From Marsupella aquatica (Eukaryota > Plantae > Marchantiophyta): 64,000 nucleotides of DNA. The DNA lies in NCBI GenBank assembly GCA_973895155.1, contig OZ316891.1:8929875-8993874 (forward strand). Direction: 5' to 3'. Position 1 is the first letter of the stretch. Each line of letters starts with the position of its first letter. Position numbers and translations under genes: made by a program. The notes under the pieces were generated by a model, which did no database searches, was not told where the DNA came from, and saw only the letters and a list, made by a program, of their open reading frames with translations. Positions 49,210 through 60,139 of the stretch are shown piece after piece.

Positions 49210-50679
49210 CTCAGGGGGGTCACTTCCACGGAAGTGGCACATCATGTGCGACAAAGTATAGGCCCACGGTACATGTGGAACACAAACATATGTTCTTTGT
49301 GTTCCACATGTTCACGGACAAAGTATAGGCTCACGGATATTGGTTCACAACCCATTTTTTATTGGTTCACAACCCCAAGGCATATGGAACACAAAGAACA
49401 TATGTTAAGGTGTTTTTGACATGGTCAGGTACGGTCATGCAGAGGGGTGTATTTGGATTTAGGGAACACACTTGGAAATGTGTTGTGTGTGTGGGGGGGG
49501 GGGGCAGGTCTTGGGATTTAGGTGGCACTCAACCATATAACGAGCGGGATCACAAGCCACCCATTTCTAGGATGCCCTGGGTTGGACAGTCTTTAGGTTT
49601 TGGCAATGGATGGAGGAGCCCAACCACCAAGGAGGGAAGGCTGCTGGGAGGTGACAAATTTCTTTGTCATTTTCCTCGAGAGTTAAGGGTGAGGCTGCTT
49701 TGCAATAGTTTTACTCATATTTTTATAGCATATAAAACCCAAATGTGTTTCCAAATTGGGATCTACTACACTACCTGGAGGGCTTTGTAAGCTCTAAACT
49801 AGGTCCTTAAACTATTGTACGTAACCGGTTTTTTAGTGTACCAAAAGAACACTGAAGGGTCTTAGGGGCAAGGCCGGCACTAACAGGTGATTCTAGTTTT
49901 TCTTTCCACTGAGGGCTTAGGCTGTGAGGAATTGATCTAAATTCAATAGTATGGATTACAGTAGACCCAACAAACAAAATTAGGTGTCAATAGAGTTCTT
50001 TAACAATAGACCTGTCCCATAAAGGTTGTGATTGTTTTGTGCAACGTTTACAGAATGTCTTCAAACTATTAAAGAACTTTTCCGTAAACTTATCTGACCA
50101 TGCATGGCAGCGGAGTGCTTTTTGACAGCAAGTGGCATGAAATGAAGAAAGCCGGGCAAAAGAAAGATTTGGATGAAAACTGTTTTGGGAAACCAATCTA
50201 TCTAAAAAAGATTTTCTAATACAAGCACCAACACATTGGCTTCATGAGCTTCCAGAGCATTATGCCAATTACAGCCCCTCAAAACTCATGCTAATGCTCT
50301 CATTTTGGGGGGCATTACAAACCACAATGCAATGTGAACAAGACATTGGTAGATACATAAATGTCATTCATGAACTCCCATGCCAGGAGTCAAACCCCAA
50401 ATGGGTCAAAACACTTGGAATCACAAAACAATATGATTTTTTGAGTTGGTACTGTCGTCTCCAAAATTAGGTTACATGAAGATTCCATCACCTTGTAAAG
50501 CCCCCACTACTCATCCCCATACTCATCAAGGTAAGTCTGAGATCCCTTTATATGCAAATAACCTATGTTCTGGTTGTGCTTAAGATAACAAAACCTAGGT
50601 CCCTGACCCAAATGTTAAGCGCATTTCCAAGAAAGGAGACTTAAGTTCTACTGGGATATTTTACAGTAATGTGTAAAGT

Positions 50680-52100
50680 ATCATTCAAGAATGATCTCCA
50701 GTGTAGAACAAAGGCGATGGGTGTTGTTATTGCTAAGGTTGTTTTGAACTCTAAAGGGTGCACAAAACGTCTCACCAAAAAGGAGTTGAATATACCATCC
50801 TCGCAGGTCCCAGCGAGTAGGTTCAATTGAACTTTAGATGCTGGAAAACTTGGGTGCAATAAATGCAGGATGTAGCACTCAAGAATGATATCACATTAAA
50901 GATGATGGGTGTTGTTATTGTTAAGGTTGTATTGAACTCGTAAGGGTGCTCAAAACATCCCACCCGAAAAGAGTTCAACATACCATCCTCTCCTCCCTGG
51001 TAGCCATTTCCGCGTCTGATTCTCACGTGCTTTGCAGCAACCCTGGTCCGCCATGAAACCTGGCTCGTGCCACTGGGAGTGGAACAGTTAGGCCCTCACT
51101 CCCACATAATGTCAATGGAACCTCCAAAAATGACGATATTGGTGGAGAAGCAAGGTGCCAAAAGTTGATCCTGGATCTTCATACTCCCGCTTCAGCACTC
51201 GGACCAGTGAGTGAGCCATGAGCCTTTTGCCCACCGTGCATCAGAAATTGTAATTATATATATAATTTTCCGACACAAAACCAAGCAGGTCCCAGCGAGT
51301 AGGTTCAATTGGGCTTTAGATAGTGCACAACTTGAGCGTCGTCAAAGCAGGATGGCATTCAGGTAACACTCAAGAACGAACTGACGTTTAGAATAAAGAT
51401 GATGGGTGTTGTTGATGCTAAGGCAGTATTGAACTCTCGAGGTTCCCAGGTTTTTTCATGTTATTGTTTGGAGTGGTGTTCCCAACTACGATAATGGCAT
51501 TGAAGGAAACATGGTTGGTGTTGATGCAAATTTTGAGTGCGTCTCCGATATAGTTTAGGGTTTAGGGTTTCTTTTGCATCGCTTGCATTCACGAAGGCGA
51601 CTCCCTAATTGTGATAACGATGATGGGGTTGTTGATACAAAAGATCGAGTTCAAGGTCAGATGCCCTTCTCAATTATGATTGTCAAAATGCAGTGATAGC
51701 ATTCACGAAATCATGGAGGCTCAAATTCTGACTGAAGTAGATCTCTGTCGTTGTTAGCAAGATTGGCCTCAACTCTTGCGGGTCACGTTCTTCATTGAAC
51801 AGCTTTCGACAATTGAGATCTTAAACTGTGATCTGACGTTCTGAGAGTCACGGAGCGGTGGCATTCATGAAGGATGATGGTTGTTGTTGATAATGTGATT
51901 GAAATTATCTGTTGACGCCACATTGTGTTGGGCACTTTGTTCTTGAACCGATGGCATGTCAAGGACAGAACTCTCAACATTATCCATGAATCGGATCCTG
52001 TGTCTGCCACATCCCGTCCACACACGTCCATGAAGCAAAGATAATGTCTTGCCTTCCCTTTCTTCAAGCCGAATTGCAGGTCTAGAATTCTGTCCTCAGA
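50680..52100 (-). pseudogene. Highly decayed repeat-protein remnant (possibly LRR) with internal ~190-bp duplications
   Basis: GATGGGTGTTGTT...AAGG..GT.TTGAACTC at ~50716, 50903 and 51401; GCAGGTCCCAGCGAGTAGGTTCAATTG at 50802 and 51285. Minus-strand fragments such as LRVLSLTC and STTPSSLSQL...REC suggest leucine-rich repeats. The repeats are certain; the product is a guess. Confidence 0.3.
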
Positions 52101-53218
52101 CTTTGAATCAAATCAATGGAGTTTCTTTAGGTAGAGAGCATCACGAGATAGCCAAGGCATTTCTTGTACTCAAGAGGCTTAGAGAAACACACCGAAATTA
52201 GAAGTCCTTCCAAAGGTTAGCTGTCTTCGTCCATTTATAATGACTGTCAAGCACCACGACTGTTCATGAGATGACGTTACGTAGCTCTGTATCGGTCATC
52301 TATCATCGTCAATCTGGCCAAACGACTTTTCAATTTGTGACTCATGGTGAAGGTCGATCCTTGTGCCCCAAGAGCGTCCAATGAATAATTGTGCTAATAC
52401 GTTGTGCTACTCCTGGTGTCCCTGCAATTCTTGTACAGGTTCTTAGGTGCTACATTGAGTCGTAGAGACGTATAATTGTGTTTTTTTTCTACTTTTCGTT
52501 TTTTGGCATACATTTCTCTCCCGGACACACACAAACCGATGATACTCCACTCCATGCCTCGCTTAACTTTAGCAAGATTGCCCTGATCTTGCTTTGATAC
52601 CCCCCAACATACACAAACCGCTGATACTCCACTCCATGCCTCACTTAAAATTAGCAAGATTGTCCTGATCTTGCTTCGGATCAGCCGTAGTTCGTTCCAG
52701 AACTCTAGACAACAAAGCTGATCACCTCCCATAGGCGAACCAGTTTGTGATCTCAAGTTCAGCTACACGTGGTTGTGGTACCGAAATTGCCTGCTTAACT
52801 CGCACCCGGATGCACAGGATGTTTTACTTCCACAGGCCATCATTCCGCCTCCATCGTCGTCTGGATATTTGAGTGTGTGAGCAACTCGTGAAGGATCAAC
52901 CTTTATCCCTGGTACGCCGACTCCTCTCCATCAACGACAGCACTCCATTATTTCAATTTCGAGTCTCGTACGATTCGACAACGTCTGGCGTTGCGCGAGG
53001 AAAGTGTACAGCTCCAGAGTAGCCGGTACCTTCGGCCACGAGAGCAAAATTGCAAAATCATAGTAATTGAAGGTCTCGTCTTACATTGAATGCTTTGGGT
53101 AAACGCTGCGTTCGAAAAACACGGAGGGTATGTTCTGAGCTGCCCACGTTCAAATTATTTCGCAATGACACGACCAACTGATCTCGCAAGTGAAAATACA
53201 ATATTCGAACTTTTTCTT

Positions 53219-56200
53219 TTAGGTTCTCTTCATAATTTTTTCTGGGACATAGATACTTCTGACTAATCCGTCACCACATGCTTCCAAGTCTCTGAACAAG
53301 GATACTAAGCTAGACTGTCCATTTTCAATTTTCTTTCTCTTCGCCTTTCTCGCGTCTGGTTTAAGAGGATTGGACATCGTGAGACCCATCGCATCACTAC
53401 CTATAGTGTCATACCATATGGTACAAGAATCTCTGAGCCGCGGCTTCAGCTCCTCTACAAATGAGGTGATTGGATCAAAACCAATGAGCAAGTGATTTCT
53501 TGCAGCTCTAATACCCCTCTTCAGTATTCTCTCTGGAACTAGAGAAAGCACGTCATTTGGTGCATCCATTGTCCTGACAGGGTTGTCATGGACAACACCT
53601 GGAAACAATACACGACTAGGATGAGGTAGGCTCTCTTGATGCAGAAGGATCACTACGTCATAGTTTTCTAAAGAAGTTCGGAACAACGACTGCCATCTTG
53701 TTTCATCGCCATCACCTCTAATCAGTAGATTAAGCAGAGTAGCCGAGCTTCTAGCATAGGCCACCAAGCGCTTCAGAGAGTTGCCTGTTGGTGAGGCCCT
53801 AGTCCAGCTTTCCGATCCCATGTCATAAGCTGTGGCGATGTACATAGCTGGAACTGTGTCATCCTGCTGCTTGTTAAACTCTGAGTGTATTTGTTCCTTA
53901 TCTGCCGCTGTGAGCTCTCCATTGATGTCAACAATGAACGGTGTTAAAGACCAGTCATGTTTGAACAATAGCTGCAGAAATCTGCCAAATAAAGCGATTT
54001 CCCATCAGTATTCGGCCCAACTAATTCTATCATATTTGGAAAGTCAGGAACCAGATACACAGACCACTCAGACAACGAGTTTAACACCGCATTGTCCAGC
54101 CCTACGGTGAGGCAGGTATGGACTAGAGAAAAATGTATTATCATCATTGTGGTCTTCGAAGACTTCCTACCCAATGCCTTGCAAGATAAAACAAGCTTAA
54201 GAACGACTCCACTCTGGCATCAAATACCTCTGGAAACCTGTGATTCTTGAAGAAGGCGGCCTGTTGGGTGCTGGGCTCACAAACAAGTGTGCAACAATGA
54301 GCTCGACTGCTTCCTCGGCAATCATACCAGAAAGAAGGTGCGACGCAAGCCATCGCTTTGCTAACCTGCACATTGGCCGAAGTGGATCAGCCAAAAAATC
54401 TCAAGAAACCCCAAACATCCAGGATATCATTGTGAGTCCAGATCATATACCATTTGACACGTTAGAAATCGATTACCTTACGGTTGGGCTGTAGGCAGAA
54501 TAAGTTCCGTGCAAGCCATAGAGTGCACTGGCGTGCAAACTGCGAAGAAGTAGGTCACTTTGAGGTTCAGGGATTTGATGCTTTGACGCTGTTGCTGTTG
54601 AAACAAACTTGGCGGACAGATTCCCTGCTACCAAAGACGAGCTGATTCTTTCCTTCTTGAGATGAGTGGGGTCTTTGTCATAGAGGATACTGAGTCTGAA
54701 CACAAAACCTTGCATCAACAAGTCTACTGCATCCTCAGCGGCAACACAAGATACTCCCCACTTTTCCTGCATAGTGTCGGCGATTTTAAGACAGAAAGCA
54801 ACTTTTGTCTTTTGAATGGCAACAGGATCATCTGGCCATCTTCCGGACCCTTCGAGTTGCAGGACGACTTGCAGCGGATCTGGACAAGCACCGATAACTT
54901 GAGGGGTCCTCTGTGGGGCACTCTCGTCAGCTAAAGGATGGGGTTGTGGGTAATACACTGCAGTCTGTCTGAACGCTGCACTCAAAGGCTGGACACTGAC
55001 AACCTTGAGGGGTAAATTCTCTATTGCTCGGAGCTTCTTAGACAAAGTTTCAAAAGCGTCCAATAACTTTGGCATGACAGCAACTTGGTCTTTATCTCTA
55101 ATAAGGAGGGCAAAATCAAGCTGTCCAGCAGTAACTTTGATGGCTGATGATGACAAAGATAGGTGTTTGCCAAGAATGTGATGGACAACTTGGCTGATGA
55201 TGAGATGCCGCTTCCACGGCTCAATTTCCCAAACGGCCGTCTCGCAAATCTTTCCGTCCTTAAACCGCCGCAACTCGGACCTCTCACCCCAGAATGCTCT
55301 GAACTTTTTGGCCTCGACTTTGTTATCTGCATCAGGGCCGATATCCGCCATCCGCAATGCAACATCCGTGCTATTCAGAACAATTCCAATGTAGATTGGA
55401 GAAGATCCAACGCATTCCAGGCCTTTGCAAGGATTCCATCCAGAAGGTAGACTACGTTGAATGACCCGAACAAGGGCTGCTCTATCACCAAGAGCCCTCG
55501 AAAGGAGGTCTTCTACATGTTTCTCATAGACTGTACTCCTTTCCTGGTCCAAACACCACGAAATCGCTGTCGAGACTGGTGATGATACATCAAGTCTGAT
55601 TAAAATCAACCCACAAACAGGACACCTTTACATTAAATCTGAGCACATGAGAACCCCAAAAACATAATCAAAACAAACCCAAAGGTTGCATAAATTTCAA
55701 AACTCATCAACGCCAGCTGTTTAAGGTCACAAGTTTTTCATATCCGTCCAATACTAGGTCATAGCTGTGGGATGACACTACTCAAAGACCCAATAAGGAT
55801 AGGCTGCGAGAGGTGTGTGCCATCATTTAATTTACTTTGCTCTAGGCGATTTTCAGCGCTTAATGTGCCACTGTCTTGGCGCACAAGTGACTCTAATCAA
55901 TTCGCCATATCCCAGACGTACATAAAATCAAAGCGGGTACGTCAATCGAAAGGTTTAGTACTTCTCACGAACAACTTTGAAAAACTACAATTCCGCACGT
56001 CAATAAGGAATGAGCGACGTCATGAGCAATACTAGATATCTGTAAGTGACCACCACCCCTTAAACACATCCACATCACGGAAATCCTATCGATCAGATTA
56101 CGTAATGGTAAGACGAAGGAGTATACACGACATCGAGATTCACACCTCACATGATGATCAAATTTCGAGGCAAAGTCAACAGGGGTCATGAATACACAGT

Positions 56201-59200
56201 CGAATCCTCCATCCCTTGTATCCTTCAGAGCTTCCAAGCTACGAATAGCATCCTCCTTCAACTGCGTAGACAACACGGTAGAAGACTGAGAATCAAAAAA
56301 TGGCCAAGACCACGCATTGAGTTTACGAGAAGCCTACGCAAATAGAATTATCACTACCAGATCAGCGAGGCAGCGTCCACGGCAGCGTGTCATTGACTCA
56401 ATCCGAGAACGTACAAGGAGCATCAACGAGAGGATTACCTCGAGCAGAGAACTCTTCGTCATTCGATGAGCTAGATTCAAAATCCCCGATGGATCACTCA
56501 TAACCGCATCAAACGACGTCTTCATCATTTGCTTGGCCTGAATACAACATTTATCGGACACAGGTAAATGACGTGAAGTACTGCCAAAGACAACCGATCT
56601 CAGACATGGCTCCAAAGAAGCCCTGTGATACAATGAAAGGGTCAGAGAAGACACAATCCTAGAATCGGAGACAGTTGCGACTGAAACTCACATCTGAAGT
56701 CCGGGCGATGGAATCCACTTTCTGCAGGTAAATCCCTTTACCAAGGACATCGGCGTTACCTGGACCAGGAGACATCTCACAATGAGACAACTCACAACAA
56801 TAGAGGGAAAAGGAGACCACTCTACATCATATACGAATAGCAGGGACAACTATTTAAGAGTCTCTCAGTACTTCTTAGAGGGTTGTGATTCCCACACAAG
56901 GACGAATCCTTTCAGCACAAGGGTAGTCATCATCGAGACCGTACTCCATTATAGCAATAAGATATACATAATCCTGGTGTAGACTAAATCAAGACGTACA
57001 GGAAAGAGGAGTTAAGTAACAAAATAGGCTTACCAATGGCTTCCAATGTCACTCGAAAAGCCTGCAGACAGGTCATGTGCTCCGTTATTCGAGTTTTTCC
57101 CGCAGGAGAACTCAAATACACCACCAGCGCGGACAACAAGAATCCACTTAGTTTCTCCCTCTGCCCCCATTCCGGGCTCCTCTGCCTCAACCACACCTGG
57201 CCAACAAAGAATGTCAACAAAGCGACTTCCCATTCAACCTCCCCACCTTCTACAGGCAAATCTATTAGTGAGTCGACACCAAGACCGTCACACTGCTGTC
57301 AGACGCATCAAGACTCCATTGCAATCACAACCGCGTCAGGTATTGAGGTCCCTTAAATACTCACTACGATACTCGAGCACACCAAGTACTTGGCTAGGAA
57401 CAAGTACTGTTCTATTATAATCACGTGTCACAATGACGTCTGGAGGACAAACAATGGCCCGAAAAGCTTGACGCCGGTGCGGGATGTAGAATCTCACCTT
57501 GGCCAGGGAGACAGCGTCTCGGAGGACATTGGACTTCGAGAGCCCGTTCTGCAACCACGCTGAAACGTCCTCAATAAGCATATCCTCCATAATTCCTGAG
57601 TTGTAGAAAGGGGTGGGCTTTGCGGTCCCTTCTGTCCTGGCAACCACATGCATGAACTATGGTGAGCTCGATAGGACGAAAGTTACCGCGACGACCAGCC
57701 GTAAAGAAGGCAAATTAGCCGAAATCTACAACTGATGTGGGTTTCGGAAAAATCTGAATAGCAAAGGGACAGCCTGGGACTCCAAAACAATCAAAGAACG
57801 ACCGATCAATTAGCACACTAACTACAAGACTTGTTACGACCCCAACCTTCTATGACTCTACCAGCAACAACAGAAGATTGAATATTCGTATGTCTGCAGC
57901 TTCAGTCGAAAGATGGTGATTTTTTGACAACATGGTTGTTCAGTAGTTTTCGGATTTTATTTTGCATCATTAGCTGCAGACTCCGAGACAATCGCATCAC
58001 TCGTAATGACCTCACAAACTGCATCTAATAATACTTTTCTCCAAGCATCTACTAGTAAGCCACTGGGCACAGACCTAGCAAAACCTCCAAGTCGATACAT
58101 TAACACACCTCACAGAAAGGACTCAAGTTCAAAACAATCCATCTCACCTTCGTCTTTGGCATCCCGGACATTGTTCCTCCCCAATGCAAGCTTGGAAATG
58201 TCGAACACATCCGTCAAAATAGATGGCAGGATCCTGATGAAGAATTTACTCGTTGCCCCAGTCTCATCTGGGCCAGGCCTCAAAACCAAAATGGGTTTCC
58301 GAGAGTCATAACAGAATGACGACCACTCTATACTGGAGATGGCAGAACACTTCCGAAGCTTTCGCTCTAGCAATGCTAAATACAGTATCCGCTTCCCATA
58401 GTATCGATGATTTAAGAAGTCTTTCTCATGAAAGCATGCCTGAGAAGTAGATAGATGAAACCGGCTCAGTCAAAGGTTGGAAATAAATCGGACAAACAAT
58501 TCAGAATACTAATACAAACAATCAACTAGGACGTAGGTAGACGATATCGGCTTAAACCAGACGTTACGAGTAAAGCAACAAAAAATTACGAGAAGCTACC
58601 GGAACATATAATAGTGACATTGAACAGAGCTGTAAACAATCAACTAGAAACGACAAAGGCCACTTGAATGCTGCAGCTTCAGTCGAAAGATGGTGATTAT
58701 TTTACAACACTGGTAATTCAGTAGTTTTCGGATTTTTTTACATCATAAGCTGCAGAATCGGCGATGACAGAAAGTCCCGACTCAAAAGCCTAGAAATTTA
58801 GAGTATTCCCCCAAAGAAGAGAACACTCACAAACTCGCAAACTTCTTCTAAACTAAGGCAAATTCGGATATGAAGACTCTGGAACAGAGAACAGGGCAGG
58901 GTGGTACCTTGGGCATCCGCACAGCCAAATCAATACTCTGAAGTGGTTTTGTCACAGTTTGAGAAGCGTAACTCCCGACGACTTCAACAGAATCTGGCTT
59001 CTGAAATTTGAATTGTGCTTTCTCTTCAGGAACACCCAACTCCTTGAGCGTTGCAGAGGCTAGGGCGGGAGACACCTGATCGATAATACAGGGTAAAACG
59101 TTCAGAATGAACACTTCCAGGACCTAGTTCACTGACACCACTTTCCCATCTGGACTGTAAACTAGTGCGAGTCAACGGACAGACTGAAAGCACGAAACAC

Positions 59201-59727
59201 GACCTCACTCGAGACTAAACACATCCAATGAAAATTTCCTGTACCCAGCTACCTTGAAAAATAAAGTACAACCCCGTAAATGGAAGAGAACCACAGTGTT
59301 TTAGTTCACCTTGCAAGAGACTAACCCGCTATCCAACAACTCCCAAGAACTACCACTCCAGCACCTCCATCAAGCCTAAACAGCCTCAAAATTAACCTCA
59401 ACGATATGACAAGGTGTCCCTCAGAGATCAAAACCATATCCCCCGATGTCACCGCCATGGGCAAGAAATGCTTTCAGAACCGGTACATTACAGCATCACG
59501 GAGAGACATCCCAGAAGCCATACGACACAGTTTTGCTTCAAAAATGGCAAACAGCACGTACAGAAGGTGAGAGATCGATGACATACCTCAGCAACATCAA
59601 GGCCCAGAAGGATCTCGCGCACCGCTCGGACTGCTGACTCCACAACTTTGGTCCGTCCATGGTAGTCCACCCTGACTTCTTTCAAGAGCTCCTCCACCTT
59701 GGCCGCGGCCAGGGGACTCGCCGCCAT
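53219..59727 (-). CDS. NOL6: Nucleolar protein 6 / Utp22 / Nrap (90S pre-ribosome), ~11 exons
   Basis: Exons include 59727-59587, 59075-58908, 58439-58148, ~57631-57499, ~57198-57033, three small exons between 56760 and 56147, ~55544-54479, ~54388-54227 and ~53982-53219. Motifs VVGSY...IDLAVRMPK, HEKDFLNHRYYGKRILYL, PTPFYNS, FRAFWGERSELRRFKDGKICETAVW, QLEGSGRWPDD, RLAKRWLASHL, HDWSLTPFIVDIN. Confidence 0.95.
57892..57981 (-). ncRNA. Intronic box C/D snoRNA (snR39/snR59-U51-like guide for the 25S rRNA A807-equivalent), copy in NOL6 intron 3
   Basis: 10-bp terminal stem GTCTGCAGCT/AGCTGCAGAC, box C ATGATGC, D' CTGA, D CTGA. Guide TCACCATCTTTCG is complementary to the conserved 25S sequence CGAAAGAUGGUGA. 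Confidence 0.85.
58671..58755 (-). ncRNA. Intronic box C/D snoRNA, paralogous copy in NOL6 intron 2
   Basis: Stem CTGCAGCT/AGCTGCAG, box C ATGATGT, and the same D guide (TCACCATCTTTCGA-CTGA) and D' guide (AAAATCCGAAAACTA-CTGA) as the copy at 57892. Confidence 0.85.
59413..59510 (-). ncRNA. Candidate orphan box C/D snoRNA in NOL6 intron 1
   Basis: Minus strand GATGTCTCTCC-GTGATGC...CTGA...GTGACA...CTGA-GGGACACC, with an imperfect terminal stem. No target recognised. Confidence 0.35.
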
Positions 59728-59841
59728 CGCTACGAGAAGGAGCCACTGCTGAGAATGGGGTTTGAAATCGATGCGCAGCAGCTATAATGGAGAAGTGACG
59801 GACCATCGACAGAAGTGAAGGAGTCCGGTCGAAGGAGGGAG

Positions 59842-59860
59842 AACCCTAAACCCTAAACCC
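59842..59860 (+). promoter_or_regulatory. Tandem telo-boxes upstream of NOL6
   Basis: AACCCTAAACCCTAAACCC ~115 bp upstream of the start codon; telo-boxes are typical of plant ribosome-biogenesis gene promoters. Confidence 0.7.
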
Positions 59861-60139
59861 GGAGCGAGAGCTTTTAGGTATCCGAGCCATAGACGAGGGC
59901 GCCCATACTACTACTCTGGTTCCATGAGGCTCGCCCTCACTCTCGTATCGTCAGAATCATAAAGCTGGGATCGGATATCTACTCAACCATTTAAAGCTTG
60001 GATAGCATCTAAAAAGTTCTTTGCATGAAAGTAGCTTTTTTCATCATAAGTCCATGCTATCCTGGTTGACAATACATGTTTTCATCAATCCCATGTGAAC
60101 TCACTTTGATTCACTAGTAAACTTTGGAGTTAGGGACAA

